A stretch of DNA of 64,000 bases, taken from Prorocentrum cordatum. Lineage: Eukaryota. This document shows positions 50,600 through 62,450 of the stretch, one piece after another. Position 1 is the first letter of the stretch, and each line of letters starts with the position of its first letter. Under the pieces are notes generated by a model. The model was not told the DNA's origin. It saw only the letters and a list, made by a program, of their open reading frames with translations, and did not search any database. A program made the position numbers and the translations under genes. The stretch spans positions 1 through 64,000 of the forward strand of contig CAUYUJ010000148.1 in assembly GCA_963575745.1 (NCBI GenBank), given 5' to 3'.

Positions 50600-50860
50600 A
50601 TCGAATTGATGTCGGTTTGGCGATCGGAATGAATCGGATGGGTGGACATCTGCAGCCAAAACGGGAGACGTGGAATCGGCGGAAATCGCCAGATTAGCAA
50701 AGCCTCCATGGAGACTCCTAACTCCAAACCAGAATTCGACGTCGAATCGAATCGGAACCGAAGCCGAATCGAATCGGAATCCGAAATCGAATCGGAATCC
50801 GACGTCGAATCGAATCGGAAGCGGCATTGCTCGAAATCGAAACGAATCGAGTCGAAGGAT
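50600..50860. repeat. GAATCG-rich degenerate repeat
   Basis: gaatcgaatcggaa units. Related ATCG-rich dispersed sequence at about 6500-6720, 21780-21940 and 27760-27970. Confidence 0.7.
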
Positions 50861-50879
50861 CAACGAAGCGAGCCCTGGA

Positions 50880-50991
50880 GGGGCTCCGCCCAGCGCTGCC
50901 GCATGCCCTGCAGGAGCTCCAGGGCCGCGCGCCACTGCGAGCCCCTCGCGCACGCGGCCGGCAGCGCCGACCACGCGATCCGTCGTGCGCC
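50880..50991 (-). CDS. PPR protein exon (boundaries approximate)
   Basis: The minus frame reads RIAWSALPAACARGSQWRAALELLQGMRQRWAEP, a typical PPR motif. It is not in the ORF track. Confidence 0.7.
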
Positions 50992-52545
50992 CTCGCCCGT
51001 TCGGGGCCCTCTGGCAAGGCCTGCCTCCTCCGGCCTCCCCAGGGAAGAGGGAGGATGCCTCCTCCCCTCGCGTCACCGACCATCACAAGCAATGGTAGGG
51101 ACTGAACGCGTAATGAGCCGTGCTTTAGAGAGTGTCGCGGCGGTTAACGGGAACCAGACTTACTAAACAATCCCAGCGAATGGAAAAGGCGTAACACCAT
51201 CGATTAAACGCAGACGCCGTTGCATGAACACATTATTATTTTAGCTATTCGTAGGTAAAAGTGATAATGATATAAGCAATCACCATGAGCGGATTAAGTT
51301 CACTCCCATGACCTGGGTGCTTCGATGATCTGCTCCTTGTTCCGTTTCTCTTGGTCCTTCATCCTCCCACTCCTCGGCCCCTGCTCGCCTCTCCTCCTCC
51401 TCCTCCTCCTCCTCCATCCTCCTAGCTCCTCCCTGTGCTGCCAGCGATTCGATCGGCCCGAGGGGGAGGAAGAAGACGATCGCGAGGAGAAGGCATTTCT
51501 TCCTCCCTCTGATATGAAGTATGATTGCGCATCGACCCCGAATCTCCTCCCTGTTCATCCTTCCACTCTGACGGCCTCGGGGGCGCTCGGAGGGCCCCGA
51601 CGTACCGAAAACAACGAACCCCCTCAGCCACCGTTTCCTCATGAGCCGTCTGTTGAATAACGACTTATTTGGGCCACCGACCGAGTGAGTGTGCGGAGGA
51701 GGGTCAAAGCAAACAACAATTTGCAAACGCTCTCAGAAATGATCCACCGTTGCGTACGGAACGCGTGAGGTTAAGCTCGCCCCATTTCAACCTTCCCAAG
51801 CCTGAAAGCGAAGCAACGACGATGATGATGCTGCTAATGATGGTGATGATGATGACGGTGGTGATGATGATGACGATTATGATGATGATGCTGATGATGA
51901 TGGTGACGAAGATGATCGTGAATGGTGATGGGGATGGTGGTGGTGGCTGTGATGGTGGTGATGATGATGATAAGAAAGGCGAGGAGGAGGAGGAGGAGGA
52001 AGAGGAGGAGGAACATGAAGAAGAAGAAGAGGGGGAACCGTTTCCTCAGAACCCTCCGGGCGACTCCTCTAGGCCACTGGCAAGAGTCGGGAGATCGGGG
52101 AGGCCCCGGAGCCCCCCGGCGAGATTCTTGAAGACGTAGGCGTGTGCGCCCGCTGCCGCGAGGCACGCCCGCGGCCCTCGTCATTCCTCCCTCCTCCTCA
52201 TCCTGGGCCTCCGCATCCTTTACCTCCTTCTCTTTCTGTCGATTTTCGTGGGGTAAACTTTGAAACTCCTCCTCCTCCCCAACCTCCTCCTCAACCTCCT
52301 CCTCCTCAACCTCCTCCTCATCCTCCTCCTCAACCTTCTTCTCAACCTCCTCCTCCTTCCCTGCGAGTGCGGCCTCTGTCCCTCCTTCCTCCTCCTCCTC
52401 CCTCCTCTTCCTCCTTCCTCTTCCTCCCTCCTCTTTGTCTCCTCCTCGTCCACTTCTTCCTCCTCCTCCTCTTCCTCCTCCCCCCTCCTCCCCTTCCGCT
52501 TCGCCATTCTCACCCCCTTCCTGTCAGGGTTGTTAACGTGCGTGC

Positions 52546-52623
52546 CGCAAGGCGCCCCGCATGGCGCCGAGCTCGGCGGAATCGCGCCGCGCAGCGCGGA
52601 ATAGCTGCAGGCTCGCAGCCCAC
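52546..52623 (-). CDS. PPR protein exon (3' end approximate)
   Basis: ccccAG|G acceptor. (R)WAASLQLFRAARRDSAELGAMRGALR is in phase with exon 60155-60217. Confidence 0.7.
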
Positions 52624-53163
52624 CTGGGGCGGCAACGCGGCACACGCCAGACACACAGACACACAGGACAAGCATAGACACTGACATTGACAACGCTACA
52701 ACCCCCGCCCAAAAACCCCAGCGAGCTGACCTGGCGATCCAGGGGGGGGGGTCCTGGCCAGGCGTGTGCGTGCATGCGTGCATGCGTGCGTGCGTTCGTG
52801 CGTGCCTGCGTCTGTGTGTGTGTTTGTGCGTGTAGTTTGTTAAGATGTAAGCTTTACAATCACAAGTATACCTTAGCTTCCAAGCGTAGTTGTGCTCGTG
52901 GGGGAGTCGCGGGCCAAAAGTTCGGACCCAAAGGCTTGAGCGACACCTCCTGCGAGCAGGAGGTGTCGGCGGGATATTTCACAATGTGTATGGTATGCAT
53001 GCTTGTGTGTGCCTCTTTCAGTTTGATTGCTCCGCTGCCGTTTGTGTGTTCAGGCCTGTTTAGGGGCCTCAATGCCCCCCCGAGTCGCCGCGGCGGCAGA
53101 CCGTGCTTAAACGAGCCTCACTCGGGCGGTACTGGCGAAATGATGCCAGATCTTGGATTTGTC

Positions 53164-54731
53164 TGTATCTCTCGCTGCTGCTGATCTTTCTCATCGTTGA
53201 GTTGAGACTGAGATGGGGGACGGGAGTGCTTGTTTGTCTGAGATGTATATCTGCACTATCGTGTGCATGCGCCAGAGTGGATTTGCTGTAGTCTCTGAAA
53301 CGTTGTACCAGCGGCGCCCTTCATACACCTTCTCTTTCAGATGCAATATCCTTCCTCTACCACGTTCGTACACCATATCCAGTTCAGATGTCAATTGGGC
53401 TCTTCAATGAGCGAGCACTCAGAAGTTGGCTAAACATGAGGCAAACCTTCTCAGACCTCGACTGTCGGCACGGAGATTTGCGGTGTTTGAACCATCGCAC
53501 TTTCTGAGTGATGAAGTACGCGCGCGTGGCCCCCTTTCGTGTGCCCCTTCTGTTTCGACAGACACCTAGTCAGCACGCCCATATCATTATTTGATGCTGG
53601 ATTGCAAAAACTTTGCAAGCGATGATTGATCGACCTAACCCTGCCTTTGTGCAAGCCCTCCGTGAGATCCACGATGTTTATATTCGGCATACGAATGACC
53701 AATCTCCTACCCTCACACCGTTTGGGTGGGAGTTGTTCACGAGTATTGCAGTTGCCTGTTCTTTAATGTCATTACTTTGTGACAATGCACGTGGACGCCA
53801 ATACGTCTGGTGGGTTCTGAGATATGTTAACGTGCTGAGTGGACCACACCGCAAAGCGCTTCTCAGACGAGGTGAGGCTTGCTTCCATGACATCGTTTCT
53901 CGTTGTTCTCTTGTACGGCTACAAACGTCTGCTTTGCATGGCTGACATCCACGAGGCCAAGGCCTGCATAGTCTCATGTACCAGCTTGGCTTCAAAGCGC
54001 ATTACGTGGGACAAACATGTCAATATAGAGGTCTTGGAACCTGTACTGGGTTTGTGAGCCGTTTCCGTGAACATGTTCGAGGCTGGGCTCGGACTCTCAC
54101 GGGCTCCAAAGGACCTCGAGATACGCGGTATCAGATTTTGGTCGGAAAATATGGCCGACGACGTCTTCAGATTCTAGCCATTGACTTTGTTGCCACATCA
54201 AATGTGTTTGCACGTGGGTCTGCATACATCAACCTACACCGTCCTGAAGCTAATACCGTACCTGTCCCTGTTTCACGTCGTCGTCGTCGTCGTCGTCGGG
54301 CCCGCGGGCAGGCCCGAAAACGTCATGATGGACGCGCTGCACGATCGGGAACAAGAGCACTCGACACTTTTCTGGATAACTCGGACACTTGGCACACACG
54401 TATACTCGACCGCCTCGTCTTACAGTATGTATCGCGACAACGGTACCTCGAAGGTCGCTCTCGTCTTCAAACTATCCTACGCTATCAGTTTATGTGTGTC
54501 TACTATATCTACCATCAGGTAATGTGGAAAAAGACACGAACCCTGGGCCGGCCGGCTAGATCTTGACCAACCTGGACATTTACCCCTTTTCGTTAAGTAT
54601 CTGATCCTTCGACTGGAGGAGATTCACTGCATGTATCTCTCGCTGCTGTTAATCTTTCTCATAGTTGAGTTGAGACGGGGACGGGGGACGGGAGTGCAAG
54701 TTTGTCTGAGATGTATATCTTCACAATCGTG
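53164..54731 (+). mobile_element. GIY-YIG endonuclease relic, Penelope-like, bracketed by direct repeats of about 100 bp
   Basis: MYQLG...HYVGQT...RFREH...AYINLHRPEAN in ORF 53976..54566. Repeats at 53164-53263 and 54632-54731. No RT motifs seen. Confidence 0.7.
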
Positions 54732-56149
54732 CGTGTGTGTATGTATGTATGTATGTGCGTGAGTGCGCGTGTGTGTGTAAGGTGTGTGTGTGTGTGTGCG
54801 CGCGTGCGTGTGTGAGTGTATGTGTGCGTTGATGTGTTTATGTGTTTACGTGTATTCGTGCGTGTTCGGGGCAGTTGGGTGCACAAAAAACCCTCAACCC
54901 CTGCCAGGACCCTTGGATCATCAGGTCGGGCGTGGGGATCCTGGCTGGGGATGGGGGTGAATTGTGCTGTCCGCAGACGTACACAGTGACACAAGCGCGC
55001 GCACGTATAGCACGCAACACACTGACGCATCGCACGTGTGCGCGCGCACGCTTGTTCCTCCGACGCTCGGGTAGCGCAACCGCAGCGAATGATAGCATGG
55101 GGCACAATCTTTCGTGAATTGCACCAGGCGTTGCAAGAGGGTGGTTGCGCTAGGCGCGCGGGCGTGCCAAAACAAATGCTCCAAATGGGTGGCCGGGCAG
55201 CGAAACCAGCGCGCGCGGACGCGCAGGGATGCTAAGATCCCAGGCGCGGACAGCAAAATGAATAATGGATCGAAACCGCACAAAAGCGCAAGCACACGCA
55301 CACGCACACGCACACGCACACGCACACGCACACACACACACACACATATAGAGAGAGAGGGAGAGATACACACAAAATATGAGTGACAGCCAGGCGGCGG
55401 GGTCGAGCGACAGCCCTGGGATCGCTTTGAGATATTGATCTCTCTGGCCAGACCCCTTGTAACTTCCTCTTCTGGGCCATCGCAGTTGCGAGAACGCACC
55501 GAACCATTTAAAACTGCAGCACTGACATGTGCGGGCCTCGAGGACCGACAGGATCCGCATCCATCGAAACGACCGGCGCGGCCAGGACATCGAAAGGTGA
55601 GACCCGCACCAAGCAGTGCACGCACAAAATTGTTTGAGGACTCGCCAGACTATCGCAGAAGCGTTGCGGGCGGACTGCAAAGCCGAGGGTAGCAAGAAGG
55701 AGGAAGTATGCAACAATTGCGCTGCGACGTGATACGGCCTCAAAGTCCGACTCCTGCCTGTGCCGGCTATTCACCGTAAGCGCATCCATGTTAGGCCAGG
55801 CGGCGGACGCGAGCGACGTCCTTGAGATCGCTCCTGCATCTCGATCCTTCTGGGTCAGGCCCCGTTTAACTCCCTCTGTTCGGCCATGGCAGCTGCTAGA
55901 GCTCACCGAACCTTTCAAAGCCCGCGCACTCGCGGACCTCGCGGGCCGACAAACGACAGGGCCCGTTCCGGGCGTTAACTTGCAACCGTCGGAACGACCG
56001 GCGCGGCCGCGACAACGGGCGGGGGGGCCCGCGTCAAGCGGCGCGCGCGCAAAATCGTTCGAGTCCACCGCAATCTCTGAATGCCCAAACTCCTCGCGCT
56101 TCTGACTCTGGCCCCCGCAGCGCCGACTCAACCCTGGCCCCCTCGTCGG

Positions 56150-56960
56150 CGGCCTTTGCTAGCGCGGCGGGCCCCGGCCCGAGCGAGACAGGTGCTCGCG
56201 CGGCAGTTGACAGCAGCTCCGTCTTCGAATAAATCGACGCAGCGCGTTGGGAGCTCAAGCGGCCATCGCGCCGGCAAGGTCGCCCGGCCGCAAATATTCA
56301 CGGGCGGCCCCTCCTCGCCGCAGACTGCAGGGCGAGAGGCGGAGATGCTGACGACCAATCTCCCGAAGGCCAGCGCGGAACACCCGATCGAATAGCGCGA
56401 GGGGGCAGGAGCCAGAGGCGCAAGGAGGGGCCAGAGGCGCGGTTGATGGCCCATGCACGGGGGCGCGACGGCCCCATGCATGGGCCATCAACCGCGACGT
56501 TTTCTCTCGGACCATTCTGGCTAGACGTCTTTTTCTCATGGCAGGGGCGCCGCGCCTCGGCCACCGGCCCCAACCTTCATCGCAGCACTCGCGACGCCCA
56601 GAGCCTCGCCCTTGCGCGGGCGGAAATGCAAACCCAGCAAGGATGGCAGCGGCGAGCGCGATCTCGCCTCGGGCGAACGCCCAGCCAGCAAGCGCAGCGC
56701 ACGCCCGGGCAGACGTGGGCGGGGCGCGGGACGGCATTGCCAGGCGGCCCCAGACTGAAAGCAGCCTCCAAGCGCCTGGGGCTTGGCGGCGTGTCTCAAG
56801 CAAATGATACACTCCGCTCAGCGCGTAGTTGCCCTGGCCCTCAGCGGCGCTGCCCGCCCGAGGGCGCTCGAAAAAACTGGAAATTGGTGGCGGCCACATC
56901 GTGGACAAACTGCTGAGCCACACGCGGGCATCGCTTCAGTGCCTGGGCTCCGACCTGCGC
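56150..56960 (-). pseudogene. Tyrosine recombinase, frameshifted
   Basis: RAPP box, GF...RxGE box I remnant, SLRRGGA box II and downstream AASIY. Confidence 0.8.
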
Positions 56961-57029
56961 GTCGCCCAGCCTCCACGGGCCAGCCCTGGCGGCACGCCTG
57001 GCGGCCAGCCCCGCGGTTCACCCGTCGGC

Positions 57030-57500
57030 AAAGCGCGACGGCGATCCCGTTGGGTTCTTGGCTGACGACGCGCTGTTCGCGAGCTTCCAGGCTGAGATGC
57101 TGCGCGCCACCTGGTTGAGCTGCCTGCTGCTGGAACGGCGCCTCGAGAAGGCGACGACGTTGACCGTCCTATCGACGAGGCGCGAGCCTGCGCGCTGCTG
57201 ACGGGCGACCGACCTCGCGCGCCACTGCATCGCCATCAGCGCGCCCTGGCACTCCAGGACATTGATGTGCTGCGCGGCCCCCCCGCGCCAACTGCCCTGC
57301 CTTTCACCGCTGCAAGAAGAGGGCGTCAAACTCCTGCCTGGGGAACGCTTTGGCAAGAACTTCTGAATTCCTTCCGCTTTCAAATCTGCGCCGTTGCGAT
57401 GGCGGGCCGTCGCCGGGCCCGGCGCAATGCTCCGCGACGCGCCTGTGTCGCGCCATTCAGCATGCCCACGCTTCGCAAGCTCAGCGAGCAGCACGTCGGC
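57030..57500 (-). pseudogene. DIRS-type RNase H-like domain
   Basis: QHINVLECQGALMAMQWRAR...LVDRTV...RRSSSRQLNQVAR...KNPTGSPSR. Confidence 0.75.
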
Positions 57501-57879
57501 CTGGCGCGGCAGTTCTGGCGGGCGGCGGCACAGAAGCGGCGCGCCCCGCAGCTCGCCTTGGGCCTCCAGTTGCTGCGGCTGCGACTGAAGCCAGCTGGCG
57601 TCGACCGCCACCGCGTCCTCTCGCGGGCGCCGAGGGGCCACCGCAAACGGGTTGCCCCGGCGCGAGGCGGCCGCCGCCCAGCGTCGGGGGCCGCGGAGAA
57701 CGTGCGCGGACGCGCCGTGCTTCCCCAGCGCCACAAAGCGGCGCTCCGCGAACTCTTCGCGCCCGCGCCGCACCAACGCAGCGCCCCCGGCCCAGTCGGC
57801 GGCTGCCGCCCCAGGAGCGCGCGCTGGCGCGGGGCTCCTCGAGCGGCGGCGCGGCGGCCACCGGGCGCGCGACTGCCGC

Positions 57880-58600
57880 CCAGTGGCTGACCAGCCAAGC
57901 CACCACTTCGCAATGGAAAGATCGACCGATGATTTGCACAAGGCCCCATGCTTGTCGGGCTCCGCCTTGGCCTCGCTGCTCGTCGTGCAGGGCGCCGCGT
58001 GCCCTTTTTGAAAGCCCATCAGCTTCTCGCGAACCCAGGCGCAGGGCAGCCCCACCCGCCCATGGGGCCAGTGCGCGCGCCACTTGCCACGAAACTGGAA
58101 CGGCGAGGCCGCGACGCGAAAGGGCTTGGTTGGGCCGTCGAGCGCTCCCCGATGCCCGCAGGCCTGGGGCGCGGCTGGCCGCGAGGGGTCAAGGGCATGA
58201 GCGCGGGGGGCGGCTCTCCGCCTGGGGCCCCTGGGCAGCGCGCGCCCCGCGTCGCCCGCTCCCCCGAAGGGGGGCGCGGGTCCATGAGCTGCGCGCGCCA
58301 AGCGCTCCGCGCGCCCTCTACCGACCTCGCCATCACGACGGTCGACTCAGCCTCCAAGGTCGGCAGCAGGCCCTGCGACGCCCAGTGGAGGCGCGGCCGC
58401 TTGACCCGGCCGAAGTCGCCCGCCTGATTCACGGGGAACGACTCGAAGAAAACTAAGCGGCTGAGGCAAGGAACGTCCCTCTCCACCATCGACGCTGCGT
58501 TTTCCCAGAAGAAATCGATCCGAGCCTCTGGTAGCTCCGGCTCCAGGCCAGCCGCAGCCCTCAACTGGTGCTGCACCAGGCCGGCCCGCGGATCGGCCAG
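57880..58600 (-). pseudogene. C5 cytosine DNA methyltransferase domain (motifs VI, VIII, IX, X), frameshifted; motifs I and IV not found
   Basis: ENV-like, RxR and GNS-like motifs occur in the correct order across three frames. Confidence 0.75.
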
Positions 58601-59919
58601 CCCCTGGAGAGCAACGTTCAGGACCGCGCGCGGGCCCCGCCTCGGGCGCGTCCGCCACGCCCGCGAACGCCGCGCCCGCGGGCGCGAACAGCACGGGCAA
58701 GCGCGCCGCGGCCGAGTCCTCCGCCAGCCCCCGCGGCCGTGGGCTTGGGTTTGGCCTTGCCCTTGGCGTTCACCGCGCTCTTGGGCGCCATCGCCGAAGC
58801 CGGCCAGGGCAGCGACGAGGGCGGCGATGTGGCGCGCCTGGTCCCGCAGCACCGCCCGCTCCGCCGAATCCTGGTGGCCTTCTGGCGCGCGAGGGCCAGC
58901 AGGTGGCACAGCTCGAACGACCCCAGCAGGACGCCAGACTATGGGAGCGCCAGGGACTCCCCCGGCGCGGGGCGGGCCCCGGACCACCCGCAGCGTCGCG
59001 CGGGCGAGGGCGGATGCGACGGGATGTTCATGCCCACCTCGAGGGCTTAAGGCCAAAGCTCTAAACCACAACAACTGCCGTGCGACATCACACGGCCTCA
59101 ACTCCGACTCTCGCCGAGGGCTCTGTGCAGCTCAACGGGGGACGGAGGAAGACAAAACGCAAAAAGCATACACTTTCGGAAGCCTGCGTGGACATCTTGG
59201 GTCGGAGCTTGCCCACCCTCGCTGGCGCGCTCAAGTGTTCTCCAGACAGTGCTTGCACTTCGGGGTCCTTCCCTGGGTTGCCTAATTACGGTTAGACTTC
59301 GCCGCGTGGGCGGCCGTGGACGCCTCGTGTCCGCCCCGCGCGCTGGGCGGGTGTGGCGAGGTCTCGCCTGAGGGCGGCCGTGAGCACCACATAGCTGACG
59401 CCACATGATTCACGCACTTCACATGTACTGCACCCGGTAGCTCACACCACATAGCCACACATAGCGCACCGCACAGATTGTGCCACATAGGCTACTCGTG
59501 CACAGCGCAATACCTCACTGTTTGGCGCCGGCGCTGGCAGACGTCGTATAATTGCGCAACGTGCTTCGTGACGGTCCCCCTTCCTCCAGACTGGCGTTTT
59601 ATCACGAGTCCTCATTTGACGGCCGCGATGCCTGGTGGGGGCAACCGGAGGCCGAAACTGGCGAAAAACCTTCCGCCATGTGCTTTTCACGACGCGAGGG
59701 GATCTGGGGCCCCTGGGCATAGAGGCCTCTCGGATGGGGTCGGAGCAGACGGGGTCGGGGGATCGCGCCGCATGGTCGATGCCTCACCGATGCACCGGCG
59801 ATGCCACTGCGACGTCGGCGTGGAGAGCATCGGGTTCCGCATCGAGCCGCGTCGCCGAGGCATCGGCCGGGTGGGGGCGATCCTCCGACGCCACCTGCTC
59901 GGACCCCCTCTGGGGAGAA

Positions 59920-60110
59920 CAAGGAGGGGGAGGAGGAGGAGGAGGAGGACGAGGAGGAGGAGGAGGAGGAGGAGGAGGCGAAGGAGGAGGAGGCGGAGAA
60001 GGAGGAGGAGGAGGAGGAGGAGGAGGAGAGGAGGAGGAGGAGGAGGAGGAGGAGGAGGAGGAGGAGGAGGAGGAGGAGTAGGAGGAGGAGGAGGAGAAGG
60101 AGGAGGCGAA
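59920..60110. repeat. (GAG)n microsatellite
   Basis: Direct reading. Confidence 0.95.
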
Positions 60111-60154
60111 GGGGGTCCGAAGGAGCAGCCCCCCGACAGGGCGCCCACGGCCGC

Positions 60155-60217
60155 CTCCCGCCCCGCTCCGTGGCCAAGATCGCCGTGCCCAGCAGCACCG
60201 CGCCGGCGGACGCCGGC
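60155..60217 (-). CDS. PPR protein exon (63 nt)
   Basis: AG|G acceptor and AG|GC donor. Reads PASAGAVLLGTAILATERGG, and the phase matches both neighbouring exons. Confidence 0.7.
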
Positions 60218-61563
60218 CTCCCGCCACGATCGCGCGGCCCGCCCGGGCCCCGCACGGGCCGGGTCGGACGAGCCGGTGGGAAGGGGCGCGTCGCTTCCTG
60301 TCGGCGACGAGCCCGCGGGGAAGTCGGGTGGGCAGGCCCCCTCAGAAGCTTCTCAGAAGCCCTCACGCCTTCTCCGAGAAGCCGTCTGCAGCTCCGGAGA
60401 AGGCCTGCGAGGCTCCTGAGACGGCGCGGGGGCTTCTGAGAAGCCCCGCCGCCTTCTGCGAGGGTAGGTCACGACGTCAGGTTTGGGCTCGCTTTCGGTC
60501 TCAGGGGGGCCTCCCCAGGCACTAGGACAGTCAAAACAGGGTTCGGGATGAAACAAGTGTGCCCTGGGGAAAGCGTCTGCACTTCTGGGGGCGCGGTACT
60601 GAAACCAGACCGTCAGACGTCTGGAAACGGGTCTGGGGGAAATAACCAGCCTCGAACTTGTCCCTATCCCCAAGATCGGCAATGACAGTCCTAGGGATGT
60701 GCGCTCAGAAACTGAGAGAGTCGCTAGGATCGGTACCGAGGAAAGTGATGCCAAACAAAGGGATAAGGATATGTATCAAGCTGGTCCTGGATGTTGCTTC
60801 ACCGTTTTCGGGCCCCTGGGGCCCTTTTCTCTGTCACCGAACGCGACTCGGGTCGGGACGAGGAAGAGGAGGAGGAGGGACAGGAGGAGGAGGATGAGGA
60901 GGAGGAGGAGGCGGAGGAAGAGCTGGTCCTGGGGAAAGCCTCAGGGCCCAGGACCCATGATTTTTTTTGGTTTCTCTCTCTCTCTCTCTCTACCCGGCGC
61001 CAGGTGCGCACCTGGTATGTCGAGGGGAGTGGTGGGCTTGTTCTCCACAGCCACAACCACGAGTGGGAGGGGGAGGGGGCCTCCTCCCCCTCTCCTTCCT
61101 CCTCCCCATGATCCTCCGCCTCCTTCCCCCCCTCCGACCTCTGGTGGTGGTGCTGGACCACCGGCCCCTCAGACACCGCTCGGCGGCGGGGCCGAGCCCG
61201 GCCGCCGCGGCGGTCTTCGCCCCGAGCGGTCCTCGCCCTCTGGCCCTTGCTCGGGTCGCAGCGGTCGGGCCTCTGGCGGCCAGCCCGGGGCGCTCCCGGG
61301 CACCCCGTGCGGAGCGCTCTTTTGCGGCCCAGGCGCAGCTGCCGGAGAGCACCCCGGGGCTGGGAAGCCGCCGAGGACCGACCGCGAGCGCCCGAGAAAG
61401 CCTCGAGCACGGCACTCGAACGGGAGATCTTCTGCCGAATGGACTTACCCTGGGATTATTTGCTTCGGCGACTCTACAACAAACACACAGAATGTTCGCA
61501 TATCGACTGGATGTTGAACCAAATCCATGGCGCCTCCCAATTCGTCCGACCCGGATGGGATGC

Positions 61564-61674
61564 CCCTGGCTCCGCGCCAACTCGAGGAGGCCCAAGGACC
61601 CGGGCCAGGCCGCCCCCTCCCTCCACGCGCGGGCGGCGCTGCACACCGCGACGGCGTTCGGCTCGACGCCGCTC
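61564..61674 (-). CDS. PPR protein exon (111 nt)
   Basis: cccAG|G acceptor and GC donor. Reads SGVEPNAVAVCSAARAWREGAAWPGSLGLLELARSQ. Confidence 0.75.
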
Positions 61675-62183
61675 CTGGGAAAGGAAACAGCAAAACACAC
61701 CCATACCCACAGGGGGGTCTTGGCGGCGCGCGGAGGGGGAGGGGGGCAGCCTTTCTGAAAGGCCCTGGCCTGACGTATATCGAAGGCCAGCGCCTTCTAA
61801 AAAGCAGGAGTGCTTCTAAGCAGCCTTCCCCCCTCCCCGTACCCCCTTCTGCGCGTGGCCGACCCATACCCACAGGGGGGAGAAAGACTGGCCACGGGTA
61901 TGGATGCGGGCTGTCGGACCCGGAGGAGGCTCCCTCTCGAGCGAGGACCCTCATTCGACAACACGCACCCATAGCCCCCTCCGTCCCCCATATGGATATG
62001 GGTTTGTGTTGTTCGTTCGTCACCTGGGGAAACCAAAAGGAACTGATACCGCTACTCCGTGGACCCCTCCTTGGGTGTGTTCGGGGCGAATCCAGCGGTG
62101 GCGACGGGGGCCTCCCACGAAGCCCGAAAAGGCGAAGACGAGGCGAGGGTAGCAGTGTCGGTACAGTTTCCTCCTCTGAGCTC

Positions 62184-62215
62184 CTGCGGTAGCCCGTCCG
62201 CAGGAAGAGCAGCGC
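62184..62215 (-). CDS. PPR protein micro-exon (32 nt)
   Basis: AG|G acceptor and AG|GA donor. ALLFLRTGYR(R) bridges WRE and SGVEPN in frame. Confidence 0.7.
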
Positions 62216-62392
62216 CTCCCGCCGACGAAGAGCAACAATCCGCCAAGAATCGGTCCACGGACCCCTCCCAGGGCCCATCTGGTGAAGTTTTCCACCCTGG
62301 ATCCGTTTTCGACGGTCCCGGGACCTCGGACCTGCTCGACAAAAGACCTGCTCGAACCCAAAACCTCGAATCTCCCCCCCCCCCTGCAGCGC

Positions 62393-62450
62393 CTCCCGCC
62401 AGCGCCTCGCCAGCTGCAGCGCCCGCGCGGCGGTGTTGCAGCTCAGCAGC
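62393..62450 (-). CDS. PPR protein exon (58 nt)
   Basis: cccAG|G acceptor and AG|GC donor. Reads LLSCNTAARALQLARRWRE. Confidence 0.75.

Larger units (their letters stand above)
55437..59112 (-). mobile_element. Decayed tyrosine-recombinase (DIRS/PAT/Ngaro-type) retroelement with C5 DNA methyltransferase, RNase H and YR domains and split direct repeats
   Basis: DNMT motifs FFWENAASM (58487-58513), KRPRLHW, REKLMGF and IGRSFHCEVVAWL. RNase H motifs HINVLE...RSSSRQLN...NPTGSPSR. YR motifs WRLLSVWGR..PSRAPP, KTSS..GPRENV and PCSLRRGGA. Repeats A (59069-59115 / 55711-55758) and B (55843-56063 / 55437-55638). Confidence 0.85.

Noticed and set aside
51090..51330. AT-richer island as an organellar insert or snoRNA
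   Set aside because: No recognisable gene, rRNA segment or paired C/D boxes.
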